64,000 nucleotides of DNA from Candidatus Dojkabacteria bacterium. GTDB taxonomy: Bacteria > Patescibacteriota > Dojkabacteria > JAOAGR01. The stretch covers positions 227,996 through 291,995 of the forward strand of contig AP026679.1 in NCBI GenBank assembly GCA_025999155.1. The letters run 5' to 3'. Shown here piece after piece: positions 10,819 through 19,259 of the stretch. Below the pieces are notes generated by a model that saw nothing but the letters and a program-made list of their open reading frames with translations, was not told where the DNA came from and made no database searches. Position 1 is the first letter of the stretch; the number at the start of each line of letters is the position of its first letter. The position numbers were made by a program, and so were the translations under genes.

Positions 10819-11565
10819 ATGAAACCAGAAAACGAACACATAAAAAGACAAGACGGAAGCACGAATAAACCATTAGAAAATCCACAAAACCGGAATCCAA
10901 ATCAGCCTTACGGAGTAGATACGGGAAGCCATCTAATAAGACCGCAAGGACCGGAAGAACAAGGTATACCAAAGAGTCAAGTAAGAATTATACAAAGCAT
11001 TATAGGATTGACACCATGGGGCAGATCCAGGTCACCAAAGAGACTACATCCATCAGCAGGAACAAACTCACAAATAGGTAACTCAGCAGAAAAAGCAGAG
11101 CCGGCTTGTTCACTGCAAGACACGTCTCTTTGGGAATGGGCAAAAGAGCCAAACAAGCACCCGTTACGGTTGTTAGGACTTTCTTTCATGGCGATGTTCA
11201 TGTCACCATTCAAACCCGGTATGAAAGTATTTGCCCTCGGATCACCAGAACCAAATCGTAGTGAATGGGGTGAATGGTTTAGAATAGAACTAGGAGGGGA
11301 AGTTCTAGACCGTCGGGGATGTTTTCCTGTGTCCAGATTCGTCACAGTTATGACAAAGCACGGAGAAACTCAGACTCTGTGGCCCGATATGTTGTTAATG
11401 CTAAATCTTGCAATGGCTAAACTTTATACACAAATTGGCGATCAGATAACTTTACCCGATGGAAACTATGGAAAAGTAGAAAGATTTGTATATGACCCTG
11501 ATTCGTACACCATCGCTGCTGTGGCCATCCAAGAAGACGGTGAGCTTGTATTAGTTCCTGTTTGA
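10819..11565 (+). CDS. Hypothetical protein, paralog 1 of tandem triplet
   Basis: Disordered N-terminus; shared core PF..G..V / W / L..LN...LY.QIG..ITL..G..G.V..FVY..../VLVPV. Confidence 0.85.
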   Translation: MKPENEHIKRQDGSTNKPLENPQNRNPNQPYGVDTGSHLIRPQGPEEQGIPKSQVRIIQSIIGLTPWGRSRSPKRLHPSAGTNSQIGNSAEKAEPACSLQDTSLWEWAKEPNKHPLRLLGLSFMAMFMSPFKPGMKVFALGSPEPNRSEWGEWFRIELGGEVLDRRGCFPVSRFVTVMTKHGETQTLWPDMLLMLNLAMAKLYTQIGDQITLPDGNYGKVERFVYDPDSYTIAAVAIQEDGELVLVPV

Positions 11566-11652
11566 AAGATTTAAAAGCGATTGTGTTATCAAGAACAAAG
11601 GCTATGTGATGTCGGAAGTTTTATACCTATTAGGGTCAACCTGTATGCTATT

Positions 11653-11887
11653 ATAGAGGCAGAAACTCTGCTCCAAGAGCAACTCTCAGTACATCGAAAT
11701 AATAACTAATTCGCATACTCGGCTGTCACACAAAGGTTATACCTACAGTCAAGGGATGTTTTCGTCTTGGTGGGGAGTCTTACGATTCAGTTTACTCCTA
11801 AGTTAACCCAATCAAACGACTTATGAGAATGCCTCTACAAAAACCAGAACATTCCTTAAACACAGCGCCAGGATGAATCCGTAGATT
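11653..11887. repeat. Non-coding direct repeat, copy 2
   Basis: Near-identical to 10396-10631. Confidence 0.95.
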
Positions 11888-12197
11888 GTTCAAGGATTGA
11901 TCGAATACTAAGCATATAATGCGACTCTTTTAAATCAGGGGTCTTATTGTTGACGCAACAAAAGTTAGCCAAGCTCAACAAGAAGCTCCAAAACAGACAC
12001 GGTGTACGGTCTCCAAACTATAATTATTATCTTATCGAAAAATCCTATTAATTAGAAATTTTGTGTATACGTGAACAAATTGTTACAAAATCATAAATTC
12101 TTCTGTATTGAGCCCGATAAACCTTCAAAAAACTTATAATAAATAACTAGAAATATTTGCTTGCATCACTCTGTTTTATAGTGTATAATCAGTCACT

Positions 12198-13250
12198 ATG
12201 GAAGGACCATACCAGCAGCCAATGGGGAATCCAAACGAAGGACCAGAAAGACCAGAAGGTCAAGAAGGGAAAACTCAAAACCCTACAAAAACACAAAAGG
12301 GTACAAGCAGTGCACTAAGGCGACAGCAACCAGATGCACAAAGAGGAATAAAAGGACAAAGAAGACCGAAACAAGGGACAGCCCCAGGACAAGGAATAGA
12401 AGTTCTACAAGGGCAGGCTCCAGACCCTATAGAAACGGGTACAAGCAGTGCACTAAGGCGACAGCAACCAGATGCACAAAGAGACATAGAAGGCCCAACT
12501 AACCCAACAGCACCCGAAGTACAAGAAACGGAGGTACAAGGGCCAAAAGGACGAGGCGGACCAAAAGGACAGAGACAAGAGGTACAAGGAATAGAAGGAC
12601 AAGGCGGAACAGAAGGATCCGGGTTATCGGTAGAACAAAGATCATCAGAAGAACCAAGGTCATCAGAAGGGCCGAGGCCATCAGAAGGAACAGGGGGATC
12701 AGAAGGAACAAACTTCCAAATAGGTCAGTCAGTACCTCCAGAAAGTGTTTGGGGAGCAAAACCTCCTCTGTCAGATCAGCCCAAACGATTGCGCCCGCTT
12801 TTTTATTGGGCAAATAGGTTCAGGGAGGGTAGCTTTTTGCAGCGACTGGAAGCTCAATTCAAAGCGTGGTTCGGGCAACCGTTTGTAAAAGGTTCTCGAA
12901 TCCTGGTACCACGATCAGGTAGTAAAAAAATAGAGGATTGGGAAGTGATAAGTTACAAAGGACTACGACTCTTCCCTTGGTCAAGAAGAGTCATACTTGC
13001 ACACCCAAATGGCCCAGAATACGGAACGAAGGAGATGCCTCTTGGCTCTTTGGTAAAATTTAATCTTGTGATGACTAAACTTTATGCTGAGCACATGAAT
13101 AAAGGGGTAACCTTACCAAATGGGGAAAAAGGGGTAGTAACCGGATATGTATATCGGCACGAGTCTGGAACCATCTATGCTTTGGTAAGGCGAGACCTTC
13201 GTTACCGTAGCGAAATCGTAGCAGTTGCTGTTCAAAGGGTTGAAATTTAA
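12198..13250 (+). CDS. Hypothetical protein, paralog 2 of tandem triplet (repeat-rich N-terminus)
   Basis: G/E/Q/P-rich N-terminal half; C-terminal core aligns by eye with paralogs 1 and 3. Confidence 0.85.
   Translation: MEGPYQQPMGNPNEGPERPEGQEGKTQNPTKTQKGTSSALRRQQPDAQRGIKGQRRPKQGTAPGQGIEVLQGQAPDPIETGTSSALRRQQPDAQRDIEGPTNPTAPEVQETEVQGPKGRGGPKGQRQEVQGIEGQGGTEGSGLSVEQRSSEEPRSSEGPRPSEGTGGSEGTNFQIGQSVPPESVWGAKPPLSDQPKRLRPLFYWANRFREGSFLQRLEAQFKAWFGQPFVKGSRILVPRSGSKKIEDWEVISYKGLRLFPWSRRVILAHPNGPEYGTKEMPLGSLVKFNLVMTKLYAEHMNKGVTLPNGEKGVVTGYVYRHESGTIYALVRRDLRYRSEIVAVAVQRVEI
12299..12483 (+). repeat. Intragenic exact 47-bp direct repeat (12299-12345, 12437-12483)
   Basis: gggtacaagcagtgcactaaggcgacagcaaccagatgcacaaagag occurs twice and encodes GTSSALRRQQPDAQR. 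Confidence 0.95.
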
Positions 13251-13308
13251 AAACGCTTGTATTATTCAAAATAAAGGCTGTATAATGCTGGAAGTTCTAT
13301 ACCTACTT

Positions 13309-13346
13309 CGGGGGGGGCTTTTGTCTACCTCCCGCCGTTTTATTTA
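13309..13346 (+). terminator. Putative intrinsic terminator after paralog 2
   Basis: cggggggggc-tttt-gtctacctcccg imperfect stem (G-U pairs) followed by ccgttttattt. Confidence 0.45.
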
Positions 13347-13350
13347 TTAA

Positions 13351-13427
13351 AAAGTAATCCGCCCCTTCGAATATTTCTACGCAGGGTTTGCCAGAGAATC
13401 TATAATCAAGGGTAAATCCAGTTCATT
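13351..13427 (-). pseudogene. Degenerate 77-bp copy of an internal def segment (10018-10094)
   Basis: Ungapped manual alignment, 65/77 identical. Confidence 0.85.
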
Positions 13428-13787
13428 CTGGGGTCAACCCATATGCCATGATAAAAGCTAAACCTATTCTCAAAAAATAAGTCGCAGCACATCGAAATAA
13501 GGACTAAAGTCCACGCTTTTAAATCGAGGTATTATTGAAGCAGCAAAAGCAAACCAGGCTAAACAAGAAACTCCAGAACAAAAACTGTATACGTGGACAT
13601 CACACTACAATCATTATTTTATGCAAAAATCTTATTAATCAGGATTTTAGTGCATATCAGTTTACTGATTTTTCCAATATCATAAATCAGCTGTTTTGTC
13701 CAATTAAAGCTGAAGAGAAGATTCATAACGTGGTGACAACTAGGCATAGTTGCGTGGAATGATATCGATAGTGTATAATTAAATACT

Positions 13788-14669
13788 ATGTTAAATCCAG
13801 AAGGACAGCACCAATGGAGTGCCCGAAAAGAAGAAGGCAACCTTTCACGAGAAGATGGTGAACTAGGACGGGGCATCCAACAAAGTGGACCAGAGCAAAA
13901 TCAGAATTCACAGCCACACGGGGGCTTTCAGAGATGGGCAGAGAATATAATGAATGGGCTGCAAGGTGTTTGGGGTGAGTTGTTTGGCCAGCAACCACGG
14001 CGCCTGATAGAATTTTCACTCCCACCAGAATACAAAGAACTTTTATCTCTTTTATCTCTTTCTCGGCAGGACTACGCAAACCTTGCTCTATGGGCGCAGG
14101 AAAGGCGTAAAACAGAACAAAATCCGGTTAGTTTATTAAAATGTTTTGTGATGGAGAACATCTTAAATCAGCCGCCATTCCCCCGTGGTATGGTAGTAGT
14201 TTATCCGGCATCGCAATTGCCAGGTACTACTCATACTGGTGCTGAGATTGGTCCTTGGTTTGTATTAGGAACGGGGAAAGTTACAGGTAGGGGAGGAATT
14301 TTTCCTGGAATTTTTCCTGGTTTCGGACAAGTCAAAATTGAAAACTCAGGAAAGATCAAAATTATTGAAAGATTCTTAGGAATATTCTCAACTGGAATCT
14401 TAAACGAAAGCTTACAAATAGTGGTAACAAGACCGGAGCCTTATTCCTGGGAGTTGGTAAGGTTAAATCGAGAAATTCTTCATCTGTACGGTCAAATCGG
14501 CAATAAGGTAACGTTACTCGGTGGAATACGAATAACAGGTGAAGTGGTCGGATTTGCATATAATGATAGTACTAGAATCATCGCTGCTATAGTGGCCCTA
14601 GTTGGTGAAGGAAGAAGACCAGAAGAACAAAGGAGTATGGTATTAGTTCCTGTTAAAAGGCTAGGGTGA
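13788..14669 (+). CDS. Hypothetical protein, paralog 3 of tandem triplet
   Basis: LYGQIGNKVTLLGG..GEVVGFAY...IIAAIV...MVLVPV matches paralog 1 LYTQIGDQITLPDG..GKVERFVY...IAAVA...LVLVPV. Confidence 0.85.
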   Translation: MLNPEGQHQWSARKEEGNLSREDGELGRGIQQSGPEQNQNSQPHGGFQRWAENIMNGLQGVWGELFGQQPRRLIEFSLPPEYKELLSLLSLSRQDYANLALWAQERRKTEQNPVSLLKCFVMENILNQPPFPRGMVVVYPASQLPGTTHTGAEIGPWFVLGTGKVTGRGGIFPGIFPGFGQVKIENSGKIKIIERFLGIFSTGILNESLQIVVTRPEPYSWELVRLNREILHLYGQIGNKVTLLGGIRITGEVVGFAYNDSTRIIAAIVALVGEGRRPEEQRSMVLVPVKRLG

Positions 14670-14759
14670 AAGAGTTTTAATGCATAATTTTCAAGGAATT
14701 GGAGCGCTTCAATGTTTCTTGTATTAAGATATACTACGATTGAGTTGTGTGGTGTAACT

Positions 14760-15359
14760 TTAGCTTCCGAGTTTGTCTTTTAGCTCCAAAAGAGCAGCTT
14801 CTACCTTACAATTACTTTGCAGTAGTTTTATAGCTCTTTCTAGTGCTAAAATAGACAAGTAGTTACTATCATGCATACTTAACAAATACTGATACTCTAA
14901 TAATCTATTGATCACTTGCTCTCTATCCAGATTCACAAGTTCATCAAACTCAATATTCACCACTTCTGGAGAAGATATAAAAGACAAAGCTCTGCCTTGA
15001 GAATCTCTACAAAATATTTCAACACAACGCGACCTTATAGTCGGCAATATTGCATTAATATTGCTAACAGTCATAAAGATTGTTTTGTTGGTATCTTCCA
15101 GGACTTTGAGCAAGATGTTTTGAGACACGGGTGAGATTAAATCAGCCTGGACAATCAGGTATATATTTAGAACTTCTGTCTGTACACTAGTAAGATTAAC
15201 TTTCCGGATGAAATCACGTATGGCATCAATCGAATATTTCCCATCATTAGGAGTCATAGTATGAAAGACAAGCTTTTTATCCTGATAATTTAATAATTTC
15301 TCAATCTCTGAACTCAAAAAAGCAATTTCATGCAATTGTGTAATCAGTAAATACTTCAT
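14760..15359 (-). CDS. holB: DNA polymerase III delta-prime-like subunit (short form)
   Basis: SIDAIRDFI, QNILLKVLE, ILPTIRSRC (SRC motif). Confidence 0.75.
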   Translation of the reverse strand: MKYLLITQLHEIAFLSSEIEKLLNYQDKKLVFHTMTPNDGKYSIDAIRDFIRKVNLTSVQTEVLNIYLIVQADLISPVSQNILLKVLEDTNKTIFMTVSNINAILPTIRSRCVEIFCRDSQGRALSFISSPEVVNIEFDELVNLDREQVINRLLEYQYLLSMHDSNYLSILALERAIKLLQSNCKVEAALLELKDKLGS

Positions 15360-15417
15360 AATATGATTCTACTAGATTTTTGACATTCTAATATTTTTTG
15401 CATAGACTGATCCAGAT

Positions 15418-17205
15418 ATGCCCCAATCAACTCCAAAAAGCACGTTGGATGTCTTAATAAACCAAGGTGTTATTGACCTAGCAAAGGCCAACCAAGCTAA
15501 GCAGGAAAGTGTTTATCGTCACATCTCTCCCGAACAAATACTGATAGATAAAGGATGGGCAACCCCCGTAGATATAGCTAAAGCTCAATCCGTACTTTAC
15601 GGGATCCCATATATAAATATAACAGATCTAATTATTAGTAACGAACTAACTAATTTATACTCTGAATCAGAGGCATTACAGGCCAAAATATTACTGTTTG
15701 AAAAAAACGAAGATGTTTATAAGGCTGCAATGGTCAATCCTCTTGATATACAGACCATTCGCCTATTTGAAAGAAAAATCAATGGAAGATTACAAGTCTA
15801 TATAACTACGGAATCCGATCTGATCAATAAAATTAAAGCTGTATTCTCAAGTAATATCGGAAATCAAATCACAAATGTTGTCGAAAAAGCTATTTCAGAA
15901 TCCGAATATATAGACTTAACTTCCGTCAAAAGTGAAAAACTCGAAAACATAGAAAATATAGATATCAACAATACTCCTATTGCAAAAGTCATAAACATAA
16001 TTCTGGATACGGCTATCCAAGAAAAAGCATCCGATATACACATCGAACCATTCGAAAAACGCATGAGAGTGCGGTTTAGAATTCATGGTATATTAACTGA
16101 AAAATTAAGATTACCCATACAGATAGGACCGTCTCTCGTATCAAGAATAAAAATCCTTGGGAAGATGCCGATCGATGAGAAACGCAAACCTTTAGATGGA
16201 AGATTTCAAGTAAAATCAGGGGACCAAGAAATCGATTTACGTATATCATCTCTTCCGACTGTATTAGGTGAAAAGATGGTCATTCGTCTTTTACGTAAAG
16301 ATCTAGGTATCCATAGTCTTGAGGACACAGGAATGAGGGGGCAAGCACTTAAAACCTTTAAAGAAGGATTAAAATCTACATCTGGAATCATATTAGTGAC
16401 TGGTCCAACTGGATCAGGGAAAACTGTAACTATGGCAACTGCGATGTCATTATTAAACAAACCAGAAGTCAACATTGTTTCTGTTGAAGATCCAGTCGAA
16501 ATTCGAATTCCTGGCGTCAATCAAGTACAAGTCAATGTCGAAGCAGGGCTCACATTTGCCAATGCATTAAGATCCTTTTTACGACAGGACCCTGATATTA
16601 TCAGTGTTGGAGAAATACGTGATGCCGAAACTGCTGAGCTTGCGGCTCAGGCATCTCTAACAGGACATTTGGTTATTTCAACATTACACACAAATAGTGC
16701 AGCAGGGGCCTTGCCTCGGCTCTTAGATATGGGCATTGAACCGTATATCATAGCTTCATCTGTACACATATGTGCAGCGCAAAGGTTATGCCGTCGTATA
16801 TGTCCTCACTGTAAAGAAGTATACAATCCTAGTGAGGCAGAATTGATGGAACTCAGAAGAGTACTCAGCGAAACAAAAGAATTTAATGAACAAAAGGCTA
16901 TAGAGTTTCAGCAAAAATACATTTTAAAAAACGAAAATGTATCTCCAGCAGCACAACTTGTACTATTTCGGGGGAAAGGCTGTCCTAAATGTAATAATAC
17001 AGGATATTCTGGAAGAGTCGGTATATTTGAGGTTTTGAAAGTCACTGAGAAAATTTCGGCTCTCGTTATGCAACACGCATCCTCCGATGTCATCGAACGA
17101 GCAGCCACCGAAGATGGGATGATAAAAATGATACAAGACGGTTACTTTAAATGTATCGAGGGTATAACAACTATCGAGGAAGTTCAAAGGGTAATTCATT
17201 CTTAA
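15418..17205 (+). CDS. pilB: Type IV pilus assembly ATPase PilB/GspE
   Basis: ASDIHIEP, Walker A GPTGSGKT, EDPVE, LRQDPD, STLHTN, CPHC/CPKC zinc motif. Confidence 0.95.
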   Translation: MPQSTPKSTLDVLINQGVIDLAKANQAKQESVYRHISPEQILIDKGWATPVDIAKAQSVLYGIPYINITDLIISNELTNLYSESEALQAKILLFEKNEDVYKAAMVNPLDIQTIRLFERKINGRLQVYITTESDLINKIKAVFSSNIGNQITNVVEKAISESEYIDLTSVKSEKLENIENIDINNTPIAKVINIILDTAIQEKASDIHIEPFEKRMRVRFRIHGILTEKLRLPIQIGPSLVSRIKILGKMPIDEKRKPLDGRFQVKSGDQEIDLRISSLPTVLGEKMVIRLLRKDLGIHSLEDTGMRGQALKTFKEGLKSTSGIILVTGPTGSGKTVTMATAMSLLNKPEVNIVSVEDPVEIRIPGVNQVQVNVEAGLTFANALRSFLRQDPDIISVGEIRDAETAELAAQASLTGHLVISTLHTNSAAGALPRLLDMGIEPYIIASSVHICAAQRLCRRICPHCKEVYNPSEAELMELRRVLSETKEFNEQKAIEFQQKYILKNENVSPAAQLVLFRGKGCPKCNNTGYSGRVGIFEVLKVTEKISALVMQHASSDVIERAATEDGMIKMIQDGYFKCIEGITTIEEVQRVIHS

Positions 17206-17283
17206 AAAGGTTAATTTTTATTTTGATATTTGTTGCAAAATGTACTAAATTGTTTTTGTACGCTTTATATTAAACATACTGCT

Positions 17284-19209
17284 ATGTCTGATCAGCAAAA
17301 TAACCAACAAAATATGAGTCAATACAATAATGATGAACGACAATTATCAAGTACACCGAACGTCAATGGCTACATGTCTCCATATGCCAACCAAGTCCCC
17401 CAGTATACAGTATTGGATCAAAGTAATCCAATATCCTCAAACAATCAATTTGTTCAGACTCAACAACAATCACCGCAGTCCCAACAATCAGGATCTCCTG
17501 AACCGCCAACGACTAATATCCAGGATTTAATGTCTTACATCAACACACCAAATCGCAACGTGACAAATACAACCAATGTCAATAATCCATACGTACAAAA
17601 CCTACAAAATATTGATATTCCAAAGAATTTGGAGGAAGTCTTGCAAGACTCTGCTTATAAACCAAGCCTACAAACTACCAGTGAAGCCTTGTCAGAGAAC
17701 TCAGCTCTATACAGAAATGAACAACCAGCTATACACGATCAAAATAAGCAATCTTACGCTCAAGAAAATTCATCACATGCAGATGCTAAAATAAAACACC
17801 CAGAATCGCATTTGGACCAAAAACCACATAGTGAAATTCTCGGTTTAGGTCCAAACTTTTCTCCAAGCTTAGTTAACCAAAATCTGAATACTGTAAATAC
17901 TGTGAGTGTGGAACAAACTAACTCTCCATTTGTCGGTAATGATAATAACAAAACAAATCCCACAGCAGATGTAATGCAAAATTCAGAAATTCCTTCAGTA
18001 CATAATGTAGTTGCCTCCGAACCTCTACAAACAAATCAAAATGTCACAAACACCGTCGTCAGTAATTCTGGAAATGACACTCTTGTTTCCAACAGAACTA
18101 GGGATTTCAATCCAGAAGTTGATTTAGTAATCAAAAATCAACCTCAAAAACACACCGACATAAAAGAATTACTTCAATTGACTCTAGATAAAGATGCATC
18201 TGATCTGCATATTGCGTCAAATTATCCTCCTTTTATAAGAATTGATGATAAATTAGTCCCTGTCGGGGAAATATTAGAACCAAATGACGTAAAAAACTTA
18301 GTGTATCAAGTTTTGTCTACGAATCATCGGGAGTTATTTGAAGTCAATAAAGAAATCGATTTATCATATCAATTTGAAAATAAGGCGCGTTTTAGAATCA
18401 ATGCATATTATGAAAAAGGCAATATCGCTGCAGCCTTTAGACCTATACCGACAAAGATTAGGTCTATAAAGGATCTTGGTCTACCCGCAATTCTGCTAGA
18501 TATAGCAAATGCACCACAAGGTTTATTTCTCGTTACAGGTCCGACAGGCTCCGGGAAATCGACCACTCTTGCGGCCATGATTCAGCATATCAATGAGACA
18601 TCTCCCAAACATGTTGTCACTATTGAAGATCCTATCGAATATGTATATCCCAGAGGTACGGCGATCATTAATCAGAGAGAGCTTGGTACAGATACTCATG
18701 ATTGGAATATTGCTATGAAAAGTGCGTTACGCCAAGATCCTGACGTAATTCTAATCGGAGAGTTACGAGACTTTGAAACCATACAATTAGCAATAACGCT
18801 AGCAGAGACTGGGCATTTAGTATTTTCCACTTTACACACATACAGTACGAGTCAAGCAGTAGATCGTATTTTAGATGTCTTTCCTCCTCATCAACAACAG
18901 CAAATACGTACTCAGCTTGGAGGCACTCTGAAAGGCGTATTGAGCCAGAGACTCGTACCAATGATAGGAGGCGGTAGATGTGCTGCAATAGAGCTCTTAA
19001 TTGTGACTTCAGCTGTTCAAACTTTAATTCGCGAAGGTAAGACTTATCAAATAGATAATGTCATAGAAACCAGTGCAGAATCGGGCATGGTTCTGCTCGA
19101 AAAATCTTTGGTAAAACTCGTACGACAAGGCAAAATTTCCGCAGCAACAGCACAAAATTATGCAATCAGACCAGAGAGAATCATCAAAATGCTTAAAGCA
19201 CAAAATTAA
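17284..19209 (+). CDS. pilT: Pilus retraction ATPase PilT with long low-complexity N-terminal extension
   Basis: ASDLHI, RFRINAY, GPTGSGKSTT, ALRQDPD, AETGHLVFSTLHT; likely start MSDQQ at 17284. Confidence 0.92.
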   Translation: MSDQQNNQQNMSQYNNDERQLSSTPNVNGYMSPYANQVPQYTVLDQSNPISSNNQFVQTQQQSPQSQQSGSPEPPTTNIQDLMSYINTPNRNVTNTTNVNNPYVQNLQNIDIPKNLEEVLQDSAYKPSLQTTSEALSENSALYRNEQPAIHDQNKQSYAQENSSHADAKIKHPESHLDQKPHSEILGLGPNFSPSLVNQNLNTVNTVSVEQTNSPFVGNDNNKTNPTADVMQNSEIPSVHNVVASEPLQTNQNVTNTVVSNSGNDTLVSNRTRDFNPEVDLVIKNQPQKHTDIKELLQLTLDKDASDLHIASNYPPFIRIDDKLVPVGEILEPNDVKNLVYQVLSTNHRELFEVNKEIDLSYQFENKARFRINAYYEKGNIAAAFRPIPTKIRSIKDLGLPAILLDIANAPQGLFLVTGPTGSGKSTTLAAMIQHINETSPKHVVTIEDPIEYVYPRGTAIINQRELGTDTHDWNIAMKSALRQDPDVILIGELRDFETIQLAITLAETGHLVFSTLHTYSTSQAVDRILDVFPPHQQQQIRTQLGGTLKGVLSQRLVPMIGGGRCAAIELLIVTSAVQTLIREGKTYQIDNVIETSAESGMVLLEKSLVKLVRQGKISAATAQNYAIRPERIIKMLKAQN

Positions 19210-19259
19210 CAAGACTATGAATTACTGTTATTATAATATTATCAATAACTACAACAAAG

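Noticed and set aside
10396-11887. Retron msr-msd or IS ends flanking paralog 1
   Set aside because: No RT or transposase, no target-site duplication seen, and only an 8-bp inverted match.
12299-12483. CRISPR-like repeat-spacer-repeat
   Set aside because: Only two copies, in frame within a CDS, with a 91-bp spacer and no cas genes.
10018-13427. Diversity-generating retroelement (TR/VR) reading of the repeat pairs
   Set aside because: No reverse transcriptase in the window. The def-fragment mismatches involve all bases, and the 220-bp repeat is non-coding and essentially invariant.
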